Assembly: GCA_964016885.1 (NCBI GenBank)
Contig: OZ024742.1
Coordinates: 14,942,001 to 15,006,000, forward strand
Origin: Eledone cirrhosa
Lineage: Eukaryota
Direction of reading: 5' to 3'
DNA: 64,000 bases
Positions within the stretch are counted from its first letter, which is position 1; every line of letters begins with the position of its first letter. Both the position numbers and the translations under genes were made by a program. Below the pieces are notes generated by a model. That model saw nothing but the letters and a program-made list of their open reading frames with translations, did not search any database and had not been told where the DNA came from. This document shows, one piece after another, positions 34,164 to 49,100 of this stretch.

Positions 34164-37100
34164 CAGTGACTTTACTAGAGCTGGTCAGTGACTTTACTAG
34201 AGCTGGTCAGTGACTTTACTAGAGCTGGTAAGTGACTTTACTAGAGCTGGTCAGTGACTTTACTAGAGCTGGTCAGTGACTTTACTAGAGCTGGTCAGTG
34301 ACTTTACTAGAGCTGGTCAGTGACTTTACTAGAGCTGGTCAGTGACTTTACTAGAGCTGGTCAGTGACTTTATTAGAGCTGGTCAGTGACTTTACTAGAG
34401 GTGGTCAGAGACTTTACTAGAGGTCGTCTGACTTTACTAGAGGTCGTCAGTGACTTTACTAGAGCTGGTCAGAGACTTTACTACAGCTGGTCAGTGACTT
34501 TAGAGCTGGTCAGTGACTTTACTAGAGCTGGTCAGTGACTTTACTAGAGCTGGTCAGAGACTTTACTAGAGCTGGTCAGTGACTTTACTAGAGCTGGTCA
34601 GTGACTTTACTAGAGCTGGTCAGAGACTTTACTAGAGGTTGTCAGTGACTTTACTAGAGCTGGTCAGTGACTTTACTAGAGCTGGTCAGTGACTTTACTA
34701 GAGCTGGTCAGTGACTTTACTAGAGCTGGTCAGAGACTTTACTAGAGGTTATCAGTGACTTTACTAGAGCTGGTCAGTGACTTTACTAGAGCTGGTCTGA
34801 CTTTACTAGAGGTGGTCCGAGACTTTACTAGAGGTCGTCTGACTTTATTAGAGCTGGTCAGTGACTTTACTAGAACTGGTCAGAGACTTTACTAGAGGTT
34901 GTCAGTGACTTTACTAGAGCTGGTCAGTGACTTTACTAGAGCTGGTCAGTGACTTTACTAGAGGTGGTCAGTGACTTTACTAGAGCTGGTCAGTGACTTT
35001 ACTAGAGCTGGTCAGTGACTTTACTAGAGCTGGTCAGAGACTTTACTAGAGCTGGTCTGAGTTTACTAGAGGTGGTCAGACTTTACTAGAGCTGGTCAGT
35101 GACTTTACTAGAGGTCGTCAGAGACTTTACGAGAAGTGGTCAGACTTTACTAGAGCTGGTCAGTGACTTTACTAGAGCTGGTCAGTGACTTTACTAGAGG
35201 TGGTCAGAGACTTTACTAGAGCTGGTCAGTGACTTTACTAGAGGTGGTCAGAGACTTTACTAGAGCTGGTCAGTGACTTTACTAGAGCTGGTCAGTGACT
35301 TTACTAGAGCTGGTGAGTGAATTTACTAGAGCTGGTCAGTGACTTTACTAGAGCTGTTCACTGACTTTACTAGAGCTGGTCAGAGACTTTACTAGAGGTT
35401 GTCAGTGACTTTAGAGCTGGTCAGTGACTTTAGAGCTGGTCAGTGACTTTACTAGAGCTGGTCAGTGACTTTACTAGAGCTGGTCAGTGACTTTACTAGA
35501 GCTGGTCAGTGACTTTACTAGAGCTAGTCAGTGACTTTACTAGAGCTAGTCAGTGACTTTACTAGAGCTGGTCAGAGACTTTACTAGAGCTGGTCAGTGA
35601 CTTTACTAGAGCTGGTCAGTGACTTTACTACTGCTGGTCAGTGACTTTACTAGAGCTGGTCAGAGACTTTACTAGAGGTCAGTGACTTTGCTAGAGGTCA
35701 GTGACTTTACTAGAGCTGGTCAGAGACTTTACTAGAGGTTGTCAGTGACTTTACTAGGGGTTGTCAGTGACTTTACTAGAGCTGGTCAGTGACTTAACTA
35801 GAGGTGGTCAGAGACTTTACTAGAGGTCGTCTGACTTTACTAGAGGTCGTCAGTGACTTACTAGAGGTGGTCAGAGACTTTACTAGAGGTTGTCAGTGAC
35901 TTTACTAGAGGTCGTCACTGACTTTACTAGAGGTCGTCAGAGACTTTACTAGAAGTGGTCAGACTTTACTAGAGCTGGTCAGTGACTTTACTAGAGCTGG
36001 TGAGTGACTTTACTAGAGCTGGTCAGTGACTTTACTAGAGCTGTTCAGTGACTTTACTAGAGCTGGTCAGAGACTTTACTAGAGGTTGTCAGTGACTTTA
36101 CTAGAGCTGGTCAGTGACTTTAGAGCTGGTCAGTGACTTTACTAGAGCTGGTCAGTGACTTTACTAGAGCTGGTCAGTGACTTTACTAGAGCTGGTCAGA
36201 GACTTTACTAGAGGTCAGTGACTTTACTAGAGGTCAGTGACTTTACTAGAGCTGGTCAGACTTTACTAGAGGTTGTCAGTGACTTTACTAGAGGTTGTCA
36301 GTGACTCTACTAGAGCTGGTCAGTGACTTTACTAGAGCTGGTCAGTGACTTTACTAGAGGTGGTCAAAGACTTTACTAGAGGTCGTCAGAGACTTTACTA
36401 GAAGTGGTCAGACTTTACTAGAGCTGGTCAGTGACTTTACTAGAGCTGGTCAGTGACTTTATTAGAGCTGGTCTGACTTTACTAGAGCTGGTCACTGACT
36501 TTACTAGAGCTGGTCAGTGACTTTACTAGAGGTGGTCAGAGACTTTACTAGAGGTCGTCAGTGACTTTACTAGAGGTGGTCAGAGACTTTACTAGAGGTG
36601 GTCAGAGACTTGACTAGAGCTGGTCAGTGACTTCACTAGAGGTGGTCAGTGACTACTAGAGCTGGTTAGTGACTTTACTAGAGCTGGTCAGTGACTTGAT
36701 TAGAGCTGGTCTGACTTTACTAGAGCTGGTCAGTGACTTTACTAGAGGTGGTCAGAGACTTTACTAGAGGTCATCAGTGACTTTACTAGAGGTCGTCAGA
36801 GACTTTACTAGAAGTGGTCAGACTTTACTAGAGCTGGTCAGTGACTTTACTAGAGATGGTCAGTGACTTTACTAGAGCTGGTCTGACTTTACTAGAGCTG
36901 GTCACTGACTTTACTAGAGCTGGTCAGTGACTTTACTAGAGGTGGTCAGAGACTTTACTAGAGGTCGTCAGTGACTTTACTAGAGGTGGTCAGAGACTTT
37001 ACTAGAGGTGGTCAGAGACTTGACTAGAGCTGGTCAGTGACTTTACTAGAGGTGGTCAGTGACTTTACTAGAGCTGGTCAGTGACTTTATTAGAGCTGGT

Positions 37101-40100
37101 CAGTGACTTTACTAGAGCTGGTCAGTGACTTTACTAGAGCTGGTCAATGACTTTACGAGAGGTGGTCAGAGACTTTACTAGAGGTCATCAGTGACTTTAC
37201 TAGAGGTCGTCAGACTTTACTAGAAGTGGTCAGACTTTACTAGAGCTGTCAGTGACTTTACTAGAGATGGTCAGTGATTTTACTAGAGCTGGTCTGACTT
37301 TACTAGAGCTGGTCACTGACTTTACTAGAGCTGGTCAGTGACTTTACTAGAGGTGGTCAGAGACTTTACTAGAGGTCGTCTGACTTTACTAGATGTCAGT
37401 GACTTTACTAGAGGTGGTCAGAGACTTTACTAGAGGTCGTCAGTGACTTTACTAGAGCTGGTCAGTGACTTTACTAGAGGTGGTCAGAGACTTTACTAGA
37501 GGTCGTCAGAGACTTTACTAGAAGTGGTCAGACTTTACTAGAGCTGGTCAGTGACTTTACTAGAGCTGGTCAGTGACTTTACTAGAGCTGGTCAGTGACT
37601 TTACTAGAGCTGGTCAGTGACTTTACTAGAGGTGGTCAGAGACTTTACTAGAGCTGGTCAGTGACTTTACTAGAGCTGGTCAGTGACTTTACTAGAGCTG
37701 GTGAGTGACTTTACTAGAGCTGGTCAGTGACTTTACTAGAGCTGTTCAGTGACTTTACTAGAGCTGTTCAGTGACTTTAGAGCTGGTCAGTGACTTTAAT
37801 AGAGCTGGTCAGTGACTTTACTAGAGATGGTCAGTGACTTTACTAGAGGTGGTCAGAGACTTTACTACAGCTGGTCAGTGACTTTACTAGAGCTGGTCAG
37901 TGACTTTACTAGTGCTGGTCAATGACTTTACTAGAGCTGGTCAGAGACTTTACTAGAGGTCAGTGACTTTACTAGAGGTCAGTAACTTTACTAGAGCTGG
38001 TCAGATTTTACTAGAGGTTGTCAGTGACTACTAGAGCTGGTCAGTGACTTTACTAGAGCTGGTCAGTGACTTTACTAGAGGTGGTCAAAGACTTTACTAG
38101 AGGTCGTCAGAGACTTTACTAGAAGTGGTCAGACTTTACTAGAGCTGGTCAGTGACTTTACTATAGCTGGTCAGTGACTTTACTAGAGCTGGTCAGTGAC
38201 TTTATTAGAGCTGGTCTGACTTTACTAGAGCTGGTCACTGACTTTACTAGAGCTGGTCAGTGACTTTATTAGAGGTGGTCAGAGACTTTACTAGAGGTCG
38301 TCTGACTTTACTAGATGTCAGTGACTTTATTAGAGGTTGTCAGTGACTTTAATAGAGCTGGTCAGTGACTTTACTAGAGGTGGTCTGAGACTTTACTAGA
38401 GGTCGTCAGTGACTTTACTAGAGGTGGTCAGAGACTTTACTAGAGGTGGTCAGAGACTTGACTAGAGCTGGTCAGTGACTTTACTAGAGGTGGTCAGTGA
38501 CTTTACTAGAGCTGGTCAGTGACTTGATTAGAGCTGGTCTGACTTTACTAGAGCTGGTCAGTGACTTTACTAGAGGTGGTCAGAGACTTTACTAGAGGTC
38601 ATCAGTGACTTTACTAGAGGTCGTCAGAGACTTTACTAGAAGTGGTCAGACTTTACTAGAGCTGGTCAGTGACTTTACTAGAGATGGTCAGTGACTTTAC
38701 TAGAGCTGGTCTGACTTTACTAGAGCTGGTCACTGACTTTACTAGAGCTGGTCAGTGACTTTACTAGAGGTGGTGAGAGACTTTACTAGAGGTCGTCAGT
38801 GACTTTACTAGAGGTGGTCAGAGACTTTACTAGAGGTGGTCAGAGACTTTACTAGAGCTGGTGAGTGACTTTAATAGAGCTGGTCAGTGACTTTACTAGA
38901 GCTGTTCACTGACTTTACTAGAGCTGGTCAGAGACTTTACTAGAGGTTGTCAGTGACTTTAGAGCTGGTCAGTGATTTAGAGCTGGTCAGTGACTTTACT
39001 AGAGCTGGTCAGTGACTTTACTAGAGCTGGTCAGTGACTTTACTAGAGCTGGTCAGAGACTTTACTAGAGCTGGTCAGTGACTTTACTAGAGCTGGTCAG
39101 TGACTTTACTACTGCTGGTCAGTGACTTTACTAGAGCTGGTCAGAGACTTTACTAGAGGTCAGTGACTTTGCTAGAGGTCAGTGACTTTACTAAAGCTGG
39201 TCAGAGACTTTACTAGAGGTTGTCAGTGACTTTACTAGAGGTTGTCAGTGACTTTACTAGAGCTGGTCAGTGACTTAACTAGAGGTCGTCTGACTTTACT
39301 AGAGGTCGTCAGTGACTTTACTAGAGCTGGTCAGTGACTTACTAGAGGTAGTCAGAGACTTTACTAGAGGTTGTCAGTGACTTTACTAGAGCTGGTCAGT
39401 GATTTTACTAGAGGTGGTCAGAGACTTTACTAGAGGTCGTCACTGACTTTACTAGAGGTCGTCAGAGACTTTACTAGAAGTGGTCAGACTTTACTAGAGC
39501 TGGTCAGTGACTTTACTAGAGCTGGTGAGTGACTTTACTAGGGGTGGTCAGAGACTTTACTAGTGCTGGTCAGTGACTTTACTAGAGCTAGTCAGTGACT
39601 TTACTAGAGGTGGTCAGTCTCTACAAGAGGTCGTCGGTGACTTTACTGGAGCTGGTCAGTGACTTTACTAGAGGTGGTCAGTGACTTTACTAGAGGTGGT
39701 CAGACATTACTAGAGCTGGTCAGTGACTTTACTAGAGGTGGTCAGAGACTTTACTAGAGGTCAGTGACTTTACTAGAGTTGGTCAGAGACTTTACTAGAG
39801 GTTGTGAGTGACTTTACTAGAGCTCGTCAGTGACTTTAGCGCTGGTCAGTGACTTTACTAGAGCTGGTCAGTGACTTTACTAGAGGTGGTCAGACTTTAC
39901 TAGGCTGGTCAGTGACTTTACTAGAGCTAGTCAGTGACTTTACTAGAGGTTGTCAGACTTTACTAGAGGTTGTCAGTGACTTTACTAGAGCTGGTCAGTG
40001 ACTTTACTAGAGCTGGTCAGTGAAATACTAGAGGTGGTCAGTGACTTTACTAGAGCTGGTCAGTGACTTTACTAGAGCTGGTCAGTGACTTTACTAGAGC

Positions 40101-43100
40101 TGGTCAGTGACTTTACTAGAGCTTGTCTGACTTTACTAGAGCTGGTCACTGACTTTACTAGAGGTGGTCAGAGACTTTACTAGGCTGGTCAGTGACTTTA
40201 CTAGAACTAGTCAGTGACTTTACTAGAGGTGGTCAGACTTTACTAGAGGTTGTCAGTGACTTTACTAGAGCTCGTCAGTGACTTTACTAGAGGTGGTCAG
40301 TGACTTTACTAGAGGTGGTCAGAGACATTACTAGAGCTGGTCAGTGTCTTGATTAGAGGTTGTCAGACTACTAGAGGTGATCAGTGACTCTACTAGAGCT
40401 GGTCAGAGACATTACTAGAGGTGGTCAGTGACTTTACTAGAGGTCGTCTGACTTTACTAGATGTAAGTGACTTCACTAGAGGTGGTCAGAGAGTTTACTA
40501 CAGCTGGTCAGTGACTTTACTACAGCTGGTCAGTGACTTTACTAGAGCTGGTCAGTGACTTTACTAGAGGTGGTCAGTGACTTTACTAGAGGTGGTCAGA
40601 GACATTACTAGAGCTGGTCAGTGACTTTACTAGAGGTGGTCAGAGACTTTACTAGAGGTCAGTGACTTTACTAGAGTTGGTCAGAGACATTACTAGAGCT
40701 GGTCAGTGACTTGACTAGAGGTTGTCAGAGACTTTACTAGAGCTGGTCAGTGATTTTACTAGAGGTGGTCAGAGACTTTACTAGAGGTGATCAGTGACTT
40801 TACTAGAGCTGGTCAGTGACTTTACTACAGGTGGTCAGTGACTTTACTAGAGGTGGTCAGACTTTATTAGAGCTGGTCAGTGACTTTACTAGAGGTGGTC
40901 AGACTTCACTAGAGATGGACAGTGACTTACTAGAGCTGGTTAGTGACTTGACTAGAGGTGGTCAGACTTTACTAGAGGAGGTCAGTGACTTTACTAGAGC
41001 TGGTCTGACTTTACTAGAGCTGGTCTGACTTTTCTAGAGATAGTCAGAGACTTTACTAGAGCTGGTCAGTGACTTTACTAGTGCTGGTCAGTGACTTTAC
41101 TAGAGCTGGTCAGTGACTTTACTAGAGCTGGTCAGTGACTTTACTAGAGGTGGTCAGAGACTTTACTAGAGGTCGTCAGTGACTTTATTAGAGCTGGTCA
41201 GTGACTTTATTAGAGCTGGTCAGTGACTTTACTAGAGCTGGTCAGTGACTTTACTAGAGCTGGTCAGTGACTTTACTAGAGGTGGTCAAAGACTTTACTA
41301 GAGGTCGTCAGTGACTTTACTAGAGCTGGTCAGAGACCTTACTAGAGGTTGTCAGAGACTTTACTAGAGGTTGTCAGAGACTACTAGAGCTGGTCAGTGA
41401 CTTTACTAGAGTTGGTCAGACTTTACTAGAGCTCTTCAGTGACTTTACTAGAGGTGGTCAGAGACTTTACTAGGGCTGGTCAGTGACTTTACTAGAGCTA
41501 GTCAGTGACTTTACTAGTGCTGGTCAGTGACTTTACTAGAGCTGGTCAGTGACTTTACTAGAGCTGGTCAGTGACTTTACTTGAGCTGGTTAGTGACTTT
41601 ACTCGAGCTGGTCAGTGACTTTATTAGAGCTGGTCAGTGACTTTACTAGAGCTGGTCAATGACTTTACGAGAGGTGGTCAGAGACTTTACTAGAGGTCAT
41701 CAGTGACTTTACTAGAGGTCGTCAGACTTTACTAGAAGTGGTCAGACTTTACTAGAGCTGTCAGTGACTTTACTAGAGATGGTCAGTGATTTTACTAGAG
41801 CTGGTCTGACTTTACTAGAGCTGGTGACTGACTTTACTAGAGCTGGTCAGTGACTTTACTAGAGGTGGTCAGAGACTTTACTAGAGGTCGTCTGACTTTA
41901 CTAGATGTCAGTGACTTTACTAGAGGTGGTCAGAGACTTTACTAGAGGTCGTCAGTGACTTTACTAGAGCTGGTCAGTGACTTTACTAGAGGTCGTCAGA
42001 GACTTTACTAGAAGTGGTCAGACTTTACTAGAGCTGGTCAGTGACTTTACTAGAGCTGGTCAGTGACTTTACTAGAGCTGGTCAGTGACTTTACTAGAGC
42101 TGGTCAGTGACTTTACTAGAGGTGGTCAGAGACTTTACTAGAGCTGGTCAGTGACTTTACTAGAGCTGGTCAGTGACTTTACTAGAGCTGGTGAGTGACT
42201 TTACTAGAGCTGGTCAGTGACTTTACTAGAGCTGTTCAGTGACTTTACTAGAGCTGTTCAGTGACTTTAGAGCTGGTCAGTGACTTTAATAGAGCTGGTC
42301 AGTGACTTTACTAGAGATGGTCAGTGACTTTACTAGAGGTGGTCAGAGACTTTACTACAGCTGGTCAGTGACTTTACTAGAGCTGGTCAGTGACTTTACT
42401 AGTGCTGGTCAATGACTTTACTAGAGCTGGTCAGAGACTTTACTAGAGGTCAGTGACTTTACTAGAGGTCAGTAACTTTACTAGAGCTGGTCAGATTTTA
42501 CTAGAGGTTGTCAGTGACTACTAGAGCTGGTCAGTGACTTTACTAGAGCTGGTCAGTGACTTTACTAGAGGTGGTCAAAGACTTTACTAGAGGTCGTCAG
42601 AGACTTTACTAGAAGTGGTCAGACTTTACTAGAGCTGGTCAGTGACTTTACTATAGCTGGTCAGTGACTTTACTAGAGCTGGTCAGTGACTTTATTAGAG
42701 CTGGTCTGACTTTACTAGAGCTGGTCACTGACTTTACTAGAGCTGGTCAGTGACTTTATTAGAGGTGGTCAGAGACTTTACTAGAGGTCGTCTGACTTTA
42801 CTAGATGTCTGACTTTATTAGAGGTTGTCAGTGACTTTAATAGAGCTGGTCAGTGACTTTACTAGAGGTGGTCTGAGACTTTACTAGAGCTGGTCAGTGA
42901 CTTTACTAGAGGTGGTCAGAGACTTTACTAGAGGTGGTCAGAGACTTGACTAGAGCTGGTCAGTGACTTTACTAGAGGTGGTCAGTGACTTTACTAGAGC
43001 TGGTCAGTGACTTGATTAGAGCTGGTCTGACTTTACTAGAGCTGGTCAGTGACTTTACTAGAGGTGGTCAGAGACTTTACTAGAGGTCATCAGTGACTTT

Positions 43101-46100
43101 ACTAGAGGTCGTCAGAGACTTTACTAGAAGTGGTCAGACTTTACTAGAGCTGGTCAGTGACTTTACTAGAGATGGTCAGTGACTTTACTAGAGCTGGTCT
43201 GACTTTACTAGAGCTGGTCACTGACTTTACTAGAGCTGGTCAGTGACTTTACTAGAGGTGGTCAGAGACTTTACTAGAGGTCGTCAGTGACTTTACTAGA
43301 GGTGGTCAGAGACTTTACTAGAGGTGGTCAGAGACTTTACTAGAGCTGGTGAGTGACTTTAATAGAGCTGGTCAGTGACTTTACTAGAGCTGTTCACTGA
43401 CTTTACTAGAGCTGGTCAGAGACTTTACTAGAGGTTGTCAGTGACTTTAGAGCTGGTCAGTGATTTAGAGCTGGTCAGTGACTTTACTAGAGCTGGTCAG
43501 TGACTTTACTAGAGCTGGTCAGTGACTTTACTAGAGCTGGTCAGAGACTTTACTAGAGCTGGTCAGTGACTTTACTAGAGCTGGTCAGTGACTTTACTAC
43601 TGCTGGTCAGTGACTTTACTAGAGCTGGTCAGAGACTTTACTAGAGGTCAGTGACTTTGCTAGAGGTCAGTGACTTTACTAAAGCTGGTCAGAGACTTTA
43701 CTAGAGGTTGTCAGTGACTTTACTAGAGGTTGTCAGTGACTTTACTAGAGCTGGTCAGTGACTTAACTAGAGGTCGTCTGACTTTACTAGAGGTCGTCAG
43801 TGACTTTACTAGAGCTGGTCAGTGACTTACTAGAGGTGGTCAGAGACTTTACTAGAGGTTGTCAGTGACTTTACTAGAGCTGGTCAGTGATTTTACTAGA
43901 GGTGGTCAGAGACTTTACTAGAGGTCGTCACTGACTTTACTAGAGGTCGTCAGAGACTTTACTAGAAGTGGTCAGACTTTACTAGAGCTGGTCAGTGACT
44001 TTACTAGAGCTGGTGAGTGACTTTACTAGGGGTGGTCAGAGACTTTACTAGTGCTGGTCAGTGACTTTACTAGAGCTAGTCAGTGACTTTACTAGAGGTG
44101 GTCAGTCTCTACAAGAGGTCGTCGGTGACTTTACTGGAGCTGGTCAGTGACTTTACTAGAGGTGGTCAGTGACTTTACTAGAGGTGGTCAGACATTACTA
44201 GAGCTGGTCAGTGACTTTACTAGAGGTGGTCAGAGACTTTACTAGAGGTCAGTGACTTTACTAGAGTTGGTCAGAGACTTTACTAGAGGTTGTGAGTGAC
44301 TTTACTAGAGCTCGTCAGTGACTTTAGCGCTGGTCAGTGACTTTACTAGAGCTGGTCAGTGACTTTACTAGAGGTGGTCAGACTTTACTAGAGCTGGTCA
44401 GTGACTTTACTAGAGCTGGTCAGTGACTTTACTAGAGCTGGTCAGTGACTTTACTAGAGGTTATCAGTGACTTTACTAGAGCTGGTCAGTGACTTTACTA
44501 GATCTGGTCAGTGACTTTACTAGAGCTTGTCTGACTTTACTAGAGCTGGTCACTGACTTTACTAGAGGTGGTCAGAGACTTTACTAGGCTGGTCAGTGAC
44601 TTTACTAGAGCTAGTCAGTGACTTTACTAGAGGTTGTCAGACTTTACTAGAGGTTGTCAGTGACTTTACTAGAGCTGGTCAGTGACTTTACTAGAACTGG
44701 TCAGAGACTTTACTAGAGGTTGTCAGTGACTTTACTAGAGCTGGTCAGTGACTTTACTAGAGCTGGTCAGTGAAATACTAGAGGTGGTCAGTGACTTTAC
44801 TAGAGCTGGTCAGTGACTTTACTAGAGCTGGTCAGTGACTTTACTAGAGCTGGTCAGTGACTTTACTAGAGCTTGTCTGACTTTACTAGAGCTGGTCACT
44901 GACTTTACTAGAGGTGGTCAGAGACTTTACTAGGCTGGTCAGTGACTTTACTAGAACTAGTCAGTGACTTTACTAGAGGTGGTCAGACTTTACTAGAGGT
45001 TGTCAGTGACTTTACTAGAGCTCGTCAGTGACTTTACTAGAGGTGGTCAGTGACTTTACTAGAGGTGGTCAGAGACATTACTAGAGCTGGTCAGTGTCTT
45101 GATTAGAGGTTGTCAGACTACTAGAGGTGATCAGTGACTCTACTAGAGCTGGTCAGAGACATTACTAGAGGTGGTCAGTGACTTTACTAGAGGTCGTCTG
45201 ACTTTACTAGATGTAAGTGACTTCACTAGAGGTGGTCAGAGAGTTTACTACAGCTGGTCAGTGACTTTACTACAGCTGGTCAGTGACTTTACTAGAGCTG
45301 GTCAGTGACTTTACTAGAGGTGGTCAGTGACTTTACTAGAGGTGGTCAGAGACATTACTAGAGCTGGTCAGTGACTTTACTAGAGGTGGTCAGAGACTTT
45401 ACTAGAGGTCAGTGACTTTACTAGAGTTGGTCAGAGACATTACTAGAGCTGGTCAGTGACTTGACTAGAGGTTGTCAGAGACTTTACTAGAGCTGGTCAG
45501 TGATTTTACTAGAGGTGGTCAGAGACTTTACTAGAGGTGATCAGTGACTTTACTAGAGCTGGTCAGTGACTTTACTACAGGTGGTCAGTGACTTTACTAG
45601 AGGTGGTCAGACTTTATTAGAGCTGGTCAGTGACTTTACTAGAGGTGGTCAGACTTCACTAGAGATGGACAGTGACTTACTAGAGCTGGTTAGTGACTTG
45701 ACTAGAGGTGGTCAGACTTTACTAGAGGAGGTCAGTGACTTTACTAGAGCTGGTCTGACTTTACTAGAGCTGGTCTGACTTTTCTAGAGATAGTCAGAGA
45801 CTTTACTAGAGCTGGTCAGTGACTTTACTAGTGCTGGTCAGTGACTTTACTAGAGCTGGTCAGTGACTTTACTAGAGCTGGTCAGTGACTTTACTAGAGG
45901 TGGTCAGAGACTTTACTAGAGGTCGTCAGTGACTTTATTAGAGCTGGTCAGTGACTTTATTAGAGCTGGTCAGTGACTTTACTAGAGCTGGTCAGTGACT
46001 TTACTAGAGCTGGTCAGTGACTTTACTAGAGGTGGTCAAAGACTTTACTAGAGGTCGTCAGTGACTTTACTAGAGCTGGTCAGAGACCTTACTAGAGGTT

Positions 46101-49100
46101 GTCAGAGACTTTACTAGAGGTTGTCAGAGACTACTAGAGCTGGTCAGTGACTTTACTAGAGCTGGTCAGACTTTACTAGAGCTCTTCAGTGACTTTACTA
46201 GAGGTGGTCAGAGACTTTACTAGGGCTGGTCAGTGACTTTACTAGAGCTAGTCAGTGACTTTACTAGTGCTGGTCAGTGACTTTACTAGAGCTGGTCAGT
46301 GACTTTACTAGAGCTGGTCAGTGACTTTACTTGAGCTGGTTAGTGACTTTACTCGAGCTGGTCAGTGACTTTATTAGAGCTGGTCAGTGACTTTACTAGA
46401 GCTGGTCAATGACTTTACGAGAGGTGGTCAGAGACTTTACTAGAGGTCATCAGTGACTTTACTAGAGGTCGTCAGACTTTACTAGAAGTGGTCAGACTTT
46501 ACTAGAGCTGTCAGTGACTTTACTAGAGATGGTCAGTGATTTTACTAGAGCTGGTCTGACTTTACTAGAGCTGGTGACTGACTTTACTAGAGCTGGTCAG
46601 TGACTTTACTAGAGGTGGTCAGAGACTTTACTAGAGGTCGTCTGACTTTACTAGATGTCAGTGACTTTACTAGAGGTGGTCAGAGACTTTACTAGAGGTC
46701 GTCAGTGACTTTACTAGAGCTGGTCAGTGACTTTACTAGAGGTCGTCAGAGACTTTACTAGAAGTGGTCAGACTTTACTAGATCTGGTCAGTGACTTTAC
46801 TAGAGCTGGTCAGTGACTTTACTAGAGCTGGTCAGTGACTTTACTAGAGCTGGTCAGTGACTTTACTAGAGGTGGTCAGAGACTTTACTAGAGCTGGTCA
46901 GTGACTTTACTAGAGCTGGTCAGTGACTTTACTAGAGCTGGTGAGTGACTTTACTAGAGCTGGTCAGTGACTTTACTAGAGCTGTTCAGTGACTTTACTA
47001 GAGCTGTTCAGTGACTTTAGAGCTGGTCAGTGACTTTAATAGAGCTGGTCAGTGACTTTACTAGAGATGGTCAGTGACTTTACTAGAGGTGGTCAGAGAC
47101 TTTACTACAGCTGGTCAGTGACTTTACTAGAGCTGGTCAGTGACTTTACTAGTGCTGGTCAATGACTTTACTAGAGCTGGTCAGAGACTTTACTAGAGGT
47201 CAGTGACTTTACTAGAGGTCAGTAACTTTACTAGAGCTGGTCAGATTTTACTAGAGGTTGTCAGTGACTACTAGAGCTGGTCAGTGACTTTACTAGAGCT
47301 GGTCAGTGACTTTACTAGAGGTGGTCAAAGACTTTACTAGAGGTCGTCAGAGACTTTACTAGAAGTGGTCAGACTTTACTAGAGCTGGTCAGTGACTTTA
47401 CTATAGCTGGTCAGTGACTTTACTAGAGCTGGTCAGTGACTTTATTAGAGCTGGTCTGACTTTACTAGAGCTGGTCACTGACTTTACTAGAGCTGGTCAG
47501 TGACTTTATTAGAGGTGGTCAGAGACTTTACTAGAGGTCGTCTGACTTTACTAGATGTCTGACTTTATTAGAGGTTGTCAGTGACTTTAATAGAGCTGGT
47601 CAGTGACTTTACTAGAGGTGGTCTGAGACTTTACTAGAGCTGGTCAGTGACTTTACTAGAGGTGGTCAGAGACTTTACTAGAGGTGGTCAGAGACTTGAC
47701 TAGAGCTGGTCAGTGACTTTACTAGAGGTGGTCAGTGACTTTACTAGAGCTGGTCAGTGACTTGATTAGAGCTGGTCTGACTTTACTAGAGCTGGTCAGT
47801 GACTTTACTAGAGGTGGTCAGAGACTTTACTAGAGGTCATCAGTGACTTTACTAGAGGTCGTCAGAGACTTTACTAGAAGTGGTCAGACTTTACTAGAGC
47901 TGGTCAGTGACTTTACTAGAGATGGTCAGTGACTTTACTAGAGCTGGTCTGACTTTACTAGAGCTGGTCACTGACTTTACTAGAGCTGGTCAGTGACTTT
48001 ACTAGAGGTGGTCAGAGACTTTACTAGAGGTCGTCAGTGACTTTACTAGAGGTGGTCAGAGACTTTACTAGAGGTGGTCAGAGACTTTACTAGAGCTGGT
48101 GAGTGACTTTAATAGAGCTGGTCAGTGACTTTACTAGAGCTGTTCACTGACTTTACTAGAGCTGGTCAGAGACTTTACTAGAGGTTGTCAGTGACTTTAG
48201 AGCTGGTCAGTGACTTTAGAGCTGGTCAGTGACTTTACTAGAGCTGGTCAGTGACTTTACTAGAGCTGGTCAGTGACTTTACTAGAGCTTGTCAGTGACT
48301 TAACTAGAGCTAGTCAGTGACTTTACTAGAGCTGGTCAGAGACTTTACTAGAGCTGGTCAGTGACTTTACTAGAGCTGGTCAGTGACTTTACTACTGCTG
48401 GTCAGTGACTTTACTAGAGCTGGTCAGAGACTTTACTAGAGGTCAGTGACTTTGCTAGAGGTCAGTGACTTTACTAAAGCTGGTCAGAGACTTTACTAGA
48501 GGTTGTCAGTGACTTTACTAGAGGTTGTCAGTGACTTTACTAGAGCTGGTCAGTGACTTAACTAGAGGTCGTCTGACTTTACTAGAGGTCGTCAGTGACT
48601 TTACTAGAGCTGGTCAGTGACTTACTAGAGGTGGTCAGAGACTTTACTAGAGGTTGTCAGTGACTTTACTAGAGCTGGTCAGTGATTTTACTAGAGGTGG
48701 TCAGAGACTTTACTAGAGGTCGTCACTGACTTTACTAGAGGTCGTCAGAGACTTTACTAGAAGTGGTCAGACTTTACTAGAGCTGGTCAGTGACTTTACT
48801 AGAGCTGGTGAGTGACTTTACTAGGGGTGGTCAGAGACTTTACTAGTGCTGGTCAGTGACTTTACTAGAGCTAGTCAGTGACTTTACTAGAGGTGGTCAG
48901 TCTCTACAAGAGGTCGTCAGTGACTTTACTGGAGCTGGTCAGTGACTTTACTAGAGGTGGTCAGTGACTTTACTAGAGGTGGTCAGACATTACTAGAGCT
49001 GGTCAGTGACTTTACTAGAGGTGGTCAGACTTTACTAGAGGTCAGTGACTTTACTAGAGTTGGTCAGAGACTTTACTAGAGGTTGTGAGTGACTTTACTA

